Of a DNA stretch of 64,000 nucleotides, positions 28,855 through 38,385 are shown piece by piece. The stretch comes from Candidatus Enterenecus sp. Its GTDB lineage: Bacteria; Bacillota; Clostridia; Oscillospirales; Oscillospiraceae. The stretch lies in NCBI GenBank assembly GCA_051886935.1, contig JBJEYO010000004.1:9634-73633 (forward strand), written 5' to 3'. The position numbers and the translations under genes were made by a program. Position 1 is the first letter of the stretch. Each line of letters starts with the position of its first letter. Below the pieces are notes generated by a model that worked only from the letters and a program-made list of their open reading frames with translations, did not search any database and was not told the DNA's origin.

Positions 28855-30090
28855 TCAAAGGGTCATGGTCATGCCCTGCTGGTCGTCGGACAGGCCGTCC
28901 TTCTTCAGCATGTTCTCCAGCACCTGCACATCGGAGCTGATGTCCATGGCGTCGTCCTGAAACAGCTTGTCGAGCTGCTTTTCAAAGCCGGACACCACCT
29001 GGTCCATCATGCCCTCGATGCGGGCCTTGGCGGCGGAGATGTTCTCCCCCTCCACCCCCTGGGCCTCCAGCTGGGCATAGGCCCGCAGGATCTTCAGGGT
29101 GGTGGGCAGGTAGTAGTTCAGGAAGGTGCGCAGCTGGCCCTCCCGGTCGGGGTGGGCCTTCTGGTAGGCCAGAATCTTACCGGTGATCTCCTCGATGCGG
29201 TCGATCTTGGCGCTCATGGCCGCGTCGGGGATGGCGTCATTCACCTGGCGGATCTCACGGAGAATGGCGTCCTCCTGCTCTGCCTGCTCCTGGGGAGTGG
29301 GCTCCCTCTTCTGCTCCGGCTCGGGGGCGCGGTAGCCCATCTCGGTCAGGAACAGCTTGCCCGCCGCCAGATCCAGATAACCGGTGGGCAGTACCCCCGC
29401 GGACAGCATCTTCTGCAGGTCCTTGCACAGCTTGCGCACGGAGATGTTGAAGGCGGAGGCCATGTGGGCCAGATCCACCTCCCGGTTGGCACCGATATAG
29501 GCCAGGTAGTTCAGGTAGCGCTCCTGCCGGCGGCGGGAGCCGATGCCGCTGCACAGCATGACCAGGCCGCAGGCCAGGAACATGGCGCAGGTGATGACGC
29601 CCATCAGCTCATCGGAGAAAAAGTACCCATAGAACAGGGAGGACAGGAACTCGGAAAGGGTGCCGATGGTGCCCAGGCCGAAAATGCCGGTGAGGATAGC
29701 CCCGGCGATGATGAGGCCGATGCCCCCCGCCTGCTTGCCCTTGGAGGCCTTGCCGGAGGACTTCTGCCGGGCGGGGCCGCCGGAGGTCTGCCGGGCCTCC
29801 TGCTGCGGGGCTTGCTGGGCGGCGGCCTGCCTGACCTGGCTGCGGCTCTGGGCGCTCTGGATGCGGACGATGCGGGAAATCTTGCTCAGCGCCCAGATGG
29901 CCGCGATGACCTGCGTCCAGCCGGAGGGGATGAGAAACAGGATGACAATGGGGATCCACTCGCCCCAGTTGGGATTTTTCTTCGGCGGGCCGGAGTTGGG
30001 CCCATTGGTGCCGTGATTATAGTTATAGTTATACTGCCAGCCCTGGCCGGAGCCGTTGGGGCCGTTGTGGTTGGTTTGGTTGGAAGCCAT
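28855..30090 (-). CDS. XpaC-like (5-bromo-4-chloroindolyl phosphate hydrolysis family) membrane protein
   Basis: C-terminal RTFLNYYLPTTLKIL..Y, LDKLF..DAMDISSDVQVL; N-terminal TM segments and a low-complexity N/G leader. Confidence 0.75.
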   Translation of the reverse strand: MASNQTNHNGPNGSGQGWQYNYNYNHGTNGPNSGPPKKNPNWGEWIPIVILFLIPSGWTQVIAAIWALSKISRIVRIQSAQSRSQVRQAAAQQAPQQEARQTSGGPARQKSSGKASKGKQAGGIGLIIAGAILTGIFGLGTIGTLSEFLSSLFYGYFFSDELMGVITCAMFLACGLVMLCSGIGSRRRQERYLNYLAYIGANREVDLAHMASAFNISVRKLCKDLQKMLSAGVLPTGYLDLAAGKLFLTEMGYRAPEPEQKREPTPQEQAEQEDAILREIRQVNDAIPDAAMSAKIDRIEEITGKILAYQKAHPDREGQLRTFLNYYLPTTLKILRAYAQLEAQGVEGENISAAKARIEGMMDQVVSGFEKQLDKLFQDDAMDISSDVQVLENMLKKDGLSDDQQGMTMTL

Positions 30091-30135
30091 GGCCGATCCG
30101 TCCTTCCCTCAGAGGGTTCAACTTGCTGATTCATT

Positions 30136-30164
30136 ATTATATACAATTGTGGGCCAACTGTAAA
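30136..30164 (-). promoter_or_regulatory. Sigma-A promoter of XpaC-like gene
   Basis: Minus strand TTTACA-N17-TATAAT. Confidence 0.6.
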
Positions 30165-30185
30165 TAAAGATTCTTTAAAACTTTC

Positions 30186-30202
30186 TGTTACCGAACTGTA
30201 AC
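30186..30202 (+). promoter_or_regulatory. WalR(YycF)-like direct repeat upstream of VanW-family gene
   Basis: TGTTAC-CGAAC-TGTAAC matches TGTWAH-N5-TGTWAH; about 22 bp upstream of TTGCCT-N17-TAAAAT. Confidence 0.55.
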
Positions 30203-30305
30203 CCGTTTTTCACCGAAATGTGCTTGCCTAACCCTGGCTGTGATGTTAAAATACAAGTTAATTGATTGGAATAATGTCCTATTATGCATATTTGGAGGTA
30301 ACCAT

Positions 30306-32138
30306 ATGGACCAATCTAAGCCAAAGCGCAAGCTGTCGGCTCCGGTCATCGCGGTGATCGCGGCGGCGGCGGTGATTCTGGTTTTGGCGGGAGCCTATTG
30401 CGGCCTGTGCAAATGGGTGCAGGGCAATGGCCGCCTCCTGCCGGGCACTGTGGCCCGGGACCCCAACGGCACCGCTTACCTGGAGCTGGGCGGCCTGACC
30501 CGGGACGAGGCCGTGACCCGGCTGGACGCCTACATGGAGAATCATCTGGACCAGCGGGTGCTGACCATCAGCTGGGGAAGCAGGAAGCTGGCTGAGGTCA
30601 GCGGCAGCCTGCTGGAGAGCGACCCGGAGGCCCCGGTGGACTACGCCGTGGCCGTGAAGGACGCCCAACCCTTCCTGCGTCTGGGCGCCATGTGGCTGCG
30701 CCTGGCGGGGGAGCCGGTGACCGTGTCCCTGTCCGCCTGCGTGCTCACCCCGGAGGGGGAGACGGAGACCCGGGCCATCATTGAGGACATCGCCGAGGAG
30801 CTGTACCGGGACCCGGTGGACTTTGACTGCCGGGTGGACGAGGAGCAGGGCGTTGTCACCGTCATCCGCGGCGAGGACGGCGCGAGGGTGGACGAGAACG
30901 CCCTGTTTGACGCGGTGGAGCTGGCCCTGGTGACCGGCGAGGCTGAGGTGCAGGTGGAGACCACCCCCATTCCCACCGGCCTGCTCAACGGCCAGACCCT
31001 CTACGAGCGGGTCTACCGGGAGCCGGTGGCACCCGAAAAGCAGGAGGACGGATCCCTGAGCCTGCCGGTGCAGGGAATCTCCATTGATGTGCCCCAGGCC
31101 GAGGAGATGCTGGAGGACATGGGCGACGAGGAGACCTGCGACATCCCCCTGGTCCTGACCCAGCCCGATTACAGTGCCTGCGCGGACCTGCTCTACCAGG
31201 ACCTGCTGGCCAGCTGCATCTCCTATCTGGACGGCGTGGAGAACCGCTCCTTCAACGTGAACCGCACCGCCGAGTTCTGCAACGAGACCATCCTTCTGCC
31301 CGGCGAGGTGTTCTCCTACCTGGGCACCATCGGCGACCCCTCCACGGCCAACGGCTACAAGCTGTCCACCGGCTACCAGGGGGGCAAGACCGTGGAGATG
31401 GAGGGCGGCGGCGCCTGCCAGGTGTCCTCCTCCCTGTACTACTGCGCGGTGTATGCCAATCTGGAGATCGTCAACCGGGCCTGCCATGCCTTCAGCGTGG
31501 GCTATGTGCCCAACGGCCTGGACGCCACGGTGTACTATCCCAGCCTGGACTTCCTGTTCCGCAACAACACCCCGTTCCCCATCAAGCTGGTGGCCTACAC
31601 CACTGGCGGGGCCAGCGGAAAGGTGACGGTGCAGATCTGGGGCACCAAGACCGATGATACCTATGTGATCCCTGAGCTGAACACCGTGTCCACCACCCCG
31701 TGGGAGACCGTGTATAAGCCCAGCGCCGAGATTCCCCGGGGCACCACCAAGGTGGATGTGACCCCCTACACCGGCTACACCGTGGAGGTGTACCGCTGTG
31801 TGTACGACGGAAACGGCAACCTGATCTCCCGCACCTTTGAGAACTTCAGCCGGTACGCCAAGCGGGACAAGGTGATCCTGTTCAACCCGGCGGACGCCGC
31901 CAGCCTGGGCCTGAACCCGGACGGCACGCCTCTGCCCGAGCCGGAGCCGTCCCCCGAGCCCAGCCCGGAGCCCTCTCCGTCGCCCAGTCCCTCTCCCGAG
32001 CCCTCTCCGGAGCCGAGCCCGGAGCCTTCTCCTGAACCCTCCCCTGAGCCCAGCCCGGAGCCCTCTCCGGAGCCGGAGCCCACGGAGGAGCCCAGTCCCG
32101 AGCCCACGGAGGAGCCCGCGGACGGGGTGGAGGCGTGA
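30306..32138 (+). CDS. VanW-family membrane-anchored cell-envelope protein with Pro/Glu/Ser-rich tail
   Basis: N-terminal [41 protein letters not shown]; EPSP repeats at the C-terminus. Confidence 0.87.
   Translation: MDQSKPKRKLSAPVIAVIAAAAVILVLAGAYCGLCKWVQGNGRLLPGTVARDPNGTAYLELGGLTRDEAVTRLDAYMENHLDQRVLTISWGSRKLAEVSGSLLESDPEAPVDYAVAVKDAQPFLRLGAMWLRLAGEPVTVSLSACVLTPEGETETRAIIEDIAEELYRDPVDFDCRVDEEQGVVTVIRGEDGARVDENALFDAVELALVTGEAEVQVETTPIPTGLLNGQTLYERVYREPVAPEKQEDGSLSLPVQGISIDVPQAEEMLEDMGDEETCDIPLVLTQPDYSACADLLYQDLLASCISYLDGVENRSFNVNRTAEFCNETILLPGEVFSYLGTIGDPSTANGYKLSTGYQGGKTVEMEGGGACQVSSSLYYCAVYANLEIVNRACHAFSVGYVPNGLDATVYYPSLDFLFRNNTPFPIKLVAYTTGGASGKVTVQIWGTKTDDTYVIPELNTVSTTPWETVYKPSAEIPRGTTKVDVTPYTGYTVEVYRCVYDGNGNLISRTFENFSRYAKRDKVILFNPADAASLGLNPDGTPLPEPEPSPEPSPEPSPSPSPSPEPSPEPSPEPSPEPSPEPSPEPSPEPEPTEEPSPEPTEEPADGVEA
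31935..32117 (+). repeat. Coding 12-bp (EPSP)n tandem repeat, synonymously diverged
   Basis: [25 protein letters not shown]...[14 protein letters not shown]. Confidence 0.9.
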
Positions 32139-32141
32139 GCC

Positions 32142-32825
32142 ATGTTTGAAGGCTTTTCCCAGGACACTGTGGATTTCATGTGGGGCATCCGCTTCAACAA
32201 CGAGCGGAGCTGGTTCCAGGAGCACAAGCAGGTCTATGTGGACTCCTTTTATGAGCCCATGAAGGAGCTGGGGGCCGAGCTGCAGAACCGGCTGCTGGAG
32301 AAGTTCCCCAAGAGCGAGCTGAACCTGAAGGTATCCCGCATCTACCGGGACGCCCGGCGGCTGTTCGGCCGGGGGCCCTACCGGGACCACCTGTGGCTGT
32401 CCCTGTTCCGCTGGGACCAGGGGGAGGACGGAGCCCGGCCGGTGCTGTGGTTTGAGCTGGGCCCGGAGGCGTGGAGCTACGGCATGGGCTTCTGGTGCGC
32501 CAAGGCGGTGGTCATGGAGAAGCACCGGGCCCGCGTGGACCGGGACCCCAGGCCCCTGCTGAAGCTGGCCGGGGCGCTGGAGCGGCAGGAGGAATTCGTG
32601 CTGGAGGGGCCGGAATACAGCCGGCTCAAGGCGGCTCCCGACCCGAAGCTGACCCACTGGTATAACAAAAGATCCCTGAGCGTGGGCCATGAGGAGCCCC
32701 TGAGCGAGCTGATCTACTCCCACGACCTGGCGGACCGGCTGACAGAGGGCTTTACCTTCCTGATGCCCTATTACGATTACTTTTCCACCCTGTGGGCCGA
32801 TCCCGACCCCCGGGCGGCAAACTGA
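32142..32825 (+). CDS. DUF2461-family protein
   Basis: MFEGF...NNERSWFQEHKQVY, SRIYRDARR..PY. Confidence 0.8.
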   Translation: MFEGFSQDTVDFMWGIRFNNERSWFQEHKQVYVDSFYEPMKELGAELQNRLLEKFPKSELNLKVSRIYRDARRLFGRGPYRDHLWLSLFRWDQGEDGARPVLWFELGPEAWSYGMGFWCAKAVVMEKHRARVDRDPRPLLKLAGALERQEEFVLEGPEYSRLKAAPDPKLTHWYNKRSLSVGHEEPLSELIYSHDLADRLTEGFTFLMPYYDYFSTLWADPDPRAAN

Positions 32826-32835
32826 ACAAATAATG

Positions 32836-32873
32836 ACACGGGCGGCCCCGGAGGGGGGCCGCCCGTGTGTTTT
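32836..32873. terminator. Intrinsic terminator
   Basis: ACACGGGCGGCCCC...GGGGCCGCCCGTGT followed by TTTT. Confidence 0.75.
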
Positions 32874-32880
32874 CAGCGGT

Positions 32881-34722
32881 TTATTTGTTTCTCAGCATCC
32901 GCATGGCGTTGAGGATGGCGATGACGGCCACGCCCACATCGGCGAACACCGCCTCCCACATGCTGGCCAGGCCGCAGGCGCCCAGAATGAGGAACAGGGC
33001 CTTGACCGCCAGGGCGAATACGATGTTTTCCCGGACGATGACCATGCACTTGCGGGCGATGTCCATGGCTACGGTCAGCTTGGCGGGGTCGTCGTCCATC
33101 AGCACCACATCGGCGGCCTCGATGGCGGCGTCGGAGCCCAGGGCGCCCATGGCGATGCCCACATCGGCCCGGGAAAGCACCGGCGCGTCGTTGACGCCAT
33201 CGCCCACATAGGCCAGGACCCTGCCGGGCTCCCTGCGCTCCAGCAGCTCCTCCACCTTCGCCACCTTGTCGGCGGGGAGGAGCTGGGTGTGCACCTCGTC
33301 CAGACCCAGCCGGGCGGCCACCGCCTCGCCCACGGCCCTGGTGTCGCCGGTGAGCATGACGGTGCGGATGCCCCGGGCCTTCAGGGCCGCGATGGCGGCG
33401 GGGGCGGTGTCCTTGACCGCGTCGGCGATGACGGCGCAGCCCAGGTAGCGGCCCGCCCGGGCCACATGGACCAGGGTGCCGGCGCCGGCCACCTCCGGGG
33501 CCTCAAGCCCCAGCCGGGCCATCAGCTTGCCGTTGCCCGCGGCCACGGGGACGCCGTCCACGCGGGCGGTGACGCCGTGGCCGGGGATCTCCTCCACCTG
33601 GGTGACCCGGCCCGCGTCGATCTCCCGGCCATAGGCCCGGCGGAGGGACTGGGCGATGGGGTGGTTGGAGTAGGATTCGGCCAGGGCCGCGCACTCCAGC
33701 AGCTCACCCTCGTCGGCGCCCTCGGCGGGGAGCAGGGTGTCCAGCTCAAAGGAGCCCCGGGTCAGGGTGCCGGTCTTGTCAAAGACCACGGTGTCCGTCT
33801 TGGCCAGCAGCTCCAGGTAGTTGCCGCCCTTCACCAGAATGCCCCGGGAGGAGGCACCGCCGATGCCCCCGAAGAAGGACAGGGGGATGGAGATGACCAG
33901 GGCGCAGGGGCAGGAGATGACCAGGAACATGAGGGCCCGGCCCACCCACACCGACCACTGCCCGGTGATGAGAGAGGGGATGACGGCCAGGCACACCGCG
34001 CCGATGACCACGGCGGGGGTGTAGTACCGGGCGAACTTGGTGATGAAATTCTCCGCTTTGGCCTTCTTGGAGGAGGCGTTCTCCACCAGATCCAGAATCT
34101 TGGCCACGGTGGACTGGCCGAAGGGCTTGGTGACCCGCAGACGCAGCACACCGGTCAGGCTGACGCAGCCGGAGAGCACTTCGCTGCCCACGCCCGCGTC
34201 CCGGGGGGCGGACTCGCCGGTGAGGGCGGCGGTGTCCAGGGCGGAGGAGCCCTCCGTCACCACGCCGTCCAGGGGGATCTTCTCGCCGGGGCGGACCTCG
34301 ATGATCTCGCCCACCTCCACCTCCTCCGGGTCCACGGTGAGCAGCTCGCCCTCCCGCTCCACACGGGCGGAGTCGGGGCGGATGTCCATCAGCTGGGCGA
34401 TGGAGCGGCGGGACTTGCCCACGGCGTAGCTCTGGAACAGCTCGCCCACCTGGTAGAACAGCATGACGCCCACCGCCTCGGAGTACTCGCCAAGCACCAG
34501 GGCGCCCACAGTGGCCAGGGACATGAGGAAGTTCTCGTCAAAGACCTGGCCGTGGGCGATGTTGCGCACGGCCTTCCACAGCACGTCCCAGCCCACGAGG
34601 AAGTAGGGGATCAGAAACAGGGGCAGCCGCCACAGCCCCTCCACGGGGAGCAGCGCCGCCGCGATGAGCAGTATGGCCGCCGCGATGATGCGGGCCAGGG
34701 TCTTTTTTTGTTTTTTCGTCAT
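32881..34722 (-). CDS. cadA: Heavy-metal (Zn/Cd/Pb) P1B-type ATPase lacking an N-terminal HMA domain
   Basis: FDENFLM, LTGES, SCPCAL, DKTGTLT, HP, GDGVNDAP, FADVGV..IAILN. Confidence 0.93.
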   Translation of the reverse strand: MTKKQKKTLARIIAAAILLIAAALLPVEGLWRLPLFLIPYFLVGWDVLWKAVRNIAHGQVFDENFLMSLATVGALVLGEYSEAVGVMLFYQVGELFQSYAVGKSRRSIAQLMDIRPDSARVEREGELLTVDPEEVEVGEIIEVRPGEKIPLDGVVTEGSSALDTAALTGESAPRDAGVGSEVLSGCVSLTGVLRLRVTKPFGQSTVAKILDLVENASSKKAKAENFITKFARYYTPAVVIGAVCLAVIPSLITGQWSVWVGRALMFLVISCPCALVISIPLSFFGGIGGASSRGILVKGGNYLELLAKTDTVVFDKTGTLTRGSFELDTLLPAEGADEGELLECAALAESYSNHPIAQSLRRAYGREIDAGRVTQVEEIPGHGVTARVDGVPVAAGNGKLMARLGLEAPEVAGAGTLVHVARAGRYLGCAVIADAVKDTAPAAIAALKARGIRTVMLTGDTRAVGEAVAARLGLDEVHTQLLPADKVAKVEELLERREPGRVLAYVGDGVNDAPVLSRADVGIAMGALGSDAAIEAADVVLMDDDPAKLTVAMDIARKCMVIVRENIVFALAVKALFLILGACGLASMWEAVFADVGVAVIAILNAMRMLRNK

Positions 34723-34764
34723 GGAAAACACCTCCGGGCTCCGGGGCGGGCCCCGGAGGTCACA

Positions 34765-34983
34765 TCACAGAATCACGTCGCAGTCAGGGTCCACCTTTTT
34801 GCAGCACTTGACGGCCTGCTTCACGATCTCGTCAAAGCGGGCGTCGTCGGCCTCGATGGTCAGCTTCTGGGTCAGGAAATTGACGGTGGCGGCGGTGACG
34901 CCGTCCAGCTTGCAGATGGACTCCTGCATTTTGCGGGCGCAGTTGGCGCAGTCCACGTCGGTCATTTTGAAGGTCTTTTTCAT
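34765..34983 (-). CDS. Stand-alone heavy-metal-associated (HMA) domain protein
   Basis: MKKTFKMTDVDCANCA, 72 aa. Confidence 0.9.
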   Translation of the reverse strand: MKKTFKMTDVDCANCARKMQESICKLDGVTAATVNFLTQKLTIEADDARFDEIVKQAVKCCKKVDPDCDVIL

Positions 34984-34996
34984 GGTGACTTCCTCC

Positions 34997-35359
34997 TCAT
35001 TCATTGATATGGTCCATACCCTGGGCGATGATGCGGCGCACATGGTCATCCGCCAGGGAATAGAATACGGTCTTGCCGTCCCGCCGGGGCTTCACCAGCC
35101 GGGCGTTCTTCAGTACCCGAAGCTGGTGGGACACGGCGGACTGGGTCAGGCTCAGCAGCTGGGCGATGTCGCACACGCACAGCTCCGCCTCAAACAGGGC
35201 GTACAGAATCTTGATGCGGGTGGAGTCGCCGAACACCTTGAACAGCTCGGCCAGGTCGTACAGGTGCTCGTCACTGGGCATCTGGGACAGGACCTGCTCC
35301 ACCGTGTGCTCATGGACGCACAGGAAACTGCAGCATTCGATGTCGCGCTCGTCAGCCAT
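34997..35359 (-). CDS. ArsR/SmtB-family metal-sensing repressor (CadC/SmtB-like)
   Basis: ELFKVFGDSTRIKIL, ELCVCDIA, SAVSHQLR, YSLADDHV...HINE; N-terminal CC..C.H. Confidence 0.93.
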   Translation of the reverse strand: MADERDIECCSFLCVHEHTVEQVLSQMPSDEHLYDLAELFKVFGDSTRIKILYALFEAELCVCDIAQLLSLTQSAVSHQLRVLKNARLVKPRRDGKTVFYSLADDHVRRIIAQGMDHINE

Positions 35360-35384
35360 AGGGATCCCTCCTGAAACAAACAAT

Positions 35385-35428
35385 TGAATAACTGTTCATA
35401 TGTTAATCCGTTTGAGCCTGTTTGTCAA
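35385..35428 (-). promoter_or_regulatory. Promoter and SmtB/ArsR operator of metal-efflux operon
   Basis: Minus strand TTGACA (35428-35423), then TGAACA-GT-TATTCA (35398-35385), a 6-2-6 inverted repeat of the SmtB/CadC type. Confidence 0.8.
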
Positions 35429-35432
35429 TAGG

Positions 35433-35473
35433 AAAAATAAAAAATCCGGGAGACCGCTGTGCGGTCTCCCGGA
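35433..35473 (-). terminator. Intrinsic terminator of lexA
   Basis: TCCGGGAGACCGC-tgt-GCGGTCTCCCGGA with an A-run on plus (U-tail on minus). Confidence 0.8.
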
Positions 35474-35503
35474 GGAAGATCATTTTCTTGACGGGACAGG
35501 GAA

Positions 35504-36103
35504 TCAATACCGGCGGATGACGGCCACCACTTTGCCCAGGATGGAGCAGCCCTCGCCGTCGATGGGCTGGTACTCGGGGCTGGAGTTCTCGGGATAGAGC
35601 CACACATGGCCGTTTTCCCGGCGGTAGGTCTTGACAGTGGCCTCGTCCTCGAACAGGGCCACCACGATGTCGCCGTTGCGCACCGCCTCCTGCTGGTGGA
35701 CCACCACCAGGTCGCCGGGCAGGATGCCGGCCTCCAGCATGGATTCACCCCGGACCCGGAGGGCGAAGTGCTCGCCGGTCAGGCCGTTGGTGTCAAAGGT
35801 CAGATACTCCTCGATGCACTCCTCCGCCAGAATGGGGGAGCCGGCGGCCACGGAGCCCAGCAGGGGCACCTGGTCCCTGCGGTTGTGGGAGCCGTCGGTG
35901 ATGGAGATGGCCCGGGTCTTGCCCTCGGCCTGGGAGATGAGGCCGGCCTCCCGCAGACCCTTCAGGTGGAAGTGGACGGTGGAGGGGGACTTCAGGTCCA
36001 CCGCCTCCGCGATCTCCCGCACCGAGGGGGGGTAGCCGTGGCTGTCGGTGAAGGACAGAATATAGTCATAGATCTGCTGCTGCTTGGGCGATAATTTACT
36101 CAT
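35504..36103 (-). CDS. lexA: SOS repressor LexA
   Basis: GYPPSVREI, SPSTVHFHL, VAAG cleavage site, GESM (Ser), ATVK (Lys). Confidence 0.96.
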   Translation of the reverse strand: MSKLSPKQQQIYDYILSFTDSHGYPPSVREIAEAVDLKSPSTVHFHLKGLREAGLISQAEGKTRAISITDGSHNRRDQVPLLGSVAAGSPILAEECIEEYLTFDTNGLTGEHFALRVRGESMLEAGILPGDLVVVHQQEAVRNGDIVVALFEDEATVKTYRRENGHVWLYPENSSPEYQPIDGEGCSILGKVVAVIRRY

Positions 36104-36133
36104 GGCGCAGCCTCCTTTTGCTTTCTTGGGAAA

Positions 36134-36172
36134 AGTGTAGCACAGAATTCCGAAAATGTCAAACATTTGTTC
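36134..36172 (-). promoter_or_regulatory. lexA promoter with adjoining Cheo-type SOS box
   Basis: Minus strand TTGACA-N17-TACACT (TG-extended). AAAC-ATTT-GTTC (36161-36172) has one mismatch to GAAC-N4-GTTC and overlaps the -35. Confidence 0.72.
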
Positions 36173-36285
36173 TAAACTTTTCGGCGGAACAGCGAAAAAT
36201 CTGTCTTTCTTGCCCCGTTCGGTTGAAAGTGCGGCGGGGATTTGATATAATCAAAGATAATTTTTATTTTGAGGACTTGAGTGAA

Positions 36286-38355
36286 ATGAAGTATGAACAG
36301 TGGAACCTGCGCCCGGGGGCCGGACTGGCCGCCCGGATGCAGCTGGAGGAGGCGGGACTGCCTTCTCTGTGTGCCGCTGTCCTCTGCGCCCGGGGAGTGG
36401 ATACGCCGGAAAAGGCGGCGGATCTCCTGTACGACGGGCCTGACGCTTTCCACGACCCTTACCTGCTCCGGGACATGGACCGTGCCGCGGCGCGGATACA
36501 GCGGGGCCTGGACCGGGGAGAGCTGATGGCGGTGTACGGCGACTACGATGTGGACGGAATCACCGCCACCTGCCTGCTCACCGAATTTCTGCGGGAGCGG
36601 GGGGGACAGGTGGTCAGCTACATCCCGGACCGGACGGAGGAGGGCTACGGCCTGAACCCCGCGGCCATCGCCCGGCTGGGCGGGCAGGGGGTCACGCTCA
36701 TCATCACCGTGGACTGCGGCATCACCGCCGTGGACGAGGTGGAACACGCCCGCTCGCTGGGCATTGACGTGGTGGTCACCGACCATCACCAGTGCAAGGA
36801 GCGGCTGCCCGGGGCCTGTGCCGTGGTGGACCCCAGGCGGAGCGACTGCGCCTATCCCTTCCCGGAGCTGGCCGGGGTGGGGGTGGCCCTGAAGGTGGCC
36901 CTGGCCCTGACCCCGCCGGAGGAACGGGACGGCGTGCTGGCCCGGTACAGCGAGCTGGCCGCCATCGGCACCGTGGCCGATGTGATGTGCCTGTCCAACG
37001 AGAACCGCGCCCTGGTGCGCCTGGGGCTGGAGGCCCTGGCCCACACCCGGCGGCCCGGCCTGCGGGTCCTGCTGAGAGAGGCGGGGTGCGAGGGGGGCAA
37101 GCGGCCCACCGCCGTCACCGTGGGCTACGGTCTGGCCCCCCGGATCAACGCCGCCGGGCGGATGGAGCGGGCCATGGTGGCCCTGGATATGCTTCTGACC
37201 CGGGACGAGGCCCGGGGCGAGGAGCTGGCCCTGACCCTGTGCGAGCTGAACCGGGAGCGGCAGGCCATCGAGCTGGAGATCTTCGGGGCCTGTGAGGCCC
37301 TGCTGGCCGCCGATCCCTCCCTGGCCGGCCCGGCCATCGTCCTGGCTGGCGAGGGCTGGCACCAGGGGGTCATCGGTATCGTGGCCTCCCGCCTGTCGGA
37401 GAAGTACGCCTGCCCCGCCTTCATGATCTGCCTGGACAAGGGGAGGGGCAAGGGCTCCTGCCGGTCCTTCGGCGGATTTAACCTGTTTGCCGCCCTGGAG
37501 CGGTGCGCCCCTCTGCTGGAGGGGTACGGCGGGCACGAGCTGGCCGCCGGTTTCACCATCCGGGAGGAGAATATCCCCGCCTTCCGTCGGGCCATGTGCG
37601 GCCTGGTGGCTGAGTACGCCGAGGACCACTCCATGGCCACCGCCCTGGATGTGGACGCGGAGATCGAGGACTGCCGCGTCCTGTCCGGCGGGGAGGTGGA
37701 CGCCCTGTCCCTGCTGGAGCCCTTCGGCGCCGGCAATCCCAAGCCGGTGTTCCTGCTGCGCTCCGCCGCCGTGACGGCCTGCGGGGATGTGGGCAACGGC
37801 CGGCACATGAAGCTGAAGGTGCGCCGGGACGGCGTCACCATGGACGCCATCTTCTTCGGCGCGGGCAGCGCCGCCTGCGGCGTGTCCGTGGGGGACCGGC
37901 TGGACCTGGTGTTCACCCCCCAGATCAACGAGTTCCGGGGCAGCCGGGTGGTGCAGCTGCAGATCTGCGACCTGCGCCCCGCCCCCACCCGGGCCCAGCT
38001 GGAGCGGGCCCTGTTCCGCCGGCTGGAGGAGGGGGAGACCCTATCACGTTGGGAGGCCGGCCTGCTGCTGCCCCAGCGGAGGGATTTCGCCCAGATGTGG
38101 CGCTTTCTGGAGCGCTACTGCGCCGCCGGACCGGCGGTGAGCCCGGTGGAGCAGCTGCTGCGCCAGGCCACCCGGGGCCAGCAGGGCTGTACCTACGGCC
38201 GGGCCATGGTGTGCCTGAGCGTTATGGACGACCGGGGGCTGATCCGGGTGCGGATGAGCCAGCGGGAGGCCACCGTGGAGCTGTGCTCCACGGGAGAGAA
38301 GGTGGATCTGGAGCAGGCGCGGCTCATGCGGCTGCTGCGGACCTATCTGGAATAG
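36286..38355 (+). CDS. recJ: Single-stranded DNA exonuclease RecJ
   Basis: YGDYDVDG, TVDCG, TDHH, GTVADV, PRINAAGR, GSCRS, GGHELAAG, LEPFGAGNPKP. Confidence 0.96.
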   Translation: MKYEQWNLRPGAGLAARMQLEEAGLPSLCAAVLCARGVDTPEKAADLLYDGPDAFHDPYLLRDMDRAAARIQRGLDRGELMAVYGDYDVDGITATCLLTEFLRERGGQVVSYIPDRTEEGYGLNPAAIARLGGQGVTLIITVDCGITAVDEVEHARSLGIDVVVTDHHQCKERLPGACAVVDPRRSDCAYPFPELAGVGVALKVALALTPPEERDGVLARYSELAAIGTVADVMCLSNENRALVRLGLEALAHTRRPGLRVLLREAGCEGGKRPTAVTVGYGLAPRINAAGRMERAMVALDMLLTRDEARGEELALTLCELNRERQAIELEIFGACEALLAADPSLAGPAIVLAGEGWHQGVIGIVASRLSEKYACPAFMICLDKGRGKGSCRSFGGFNLFAALERCAPLLEGYGGHELAAGFTIREENIPAFRRAMCGLVAEYAEDHSMATALDVDAEIEDCRVLSGGEVDALSLLEPFGAGNPKPVFLLRSAAVTACGDVGNGRHMKLKVRRDGVTMDAIFFGAGSAACGVSVGDRLDLVFTPQINEFRGSRVVQLQICDLRPAPTRAQLERALFRRLEEGETLSRWEAGLLLPQRRDFAQMWRFLERYCAAGPAVSPVEQLLRQATRGQQGCTYGRAMVCLSVMDDRGLIRVRMSQREATVELCSTGEKVDLEQARLMRLLRTYLE

Positions 38356-38385
38356 AATAGATTTGATTTGAAAGGAGGCATTGCC

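Noticed and set aside
31935-32117. Tandem repeat as a CRISPR array or contingency locus
   Set aside because: In-frame 12-bp coding repeat with synonymous variation; an ordinary Pro-rich linker.
30306-32138. VanW as vancomycin resistance
   Set aside because: No vanHAX/vanRS genes. Stand-alone VanW-domain proteins are common in Firmicutes.
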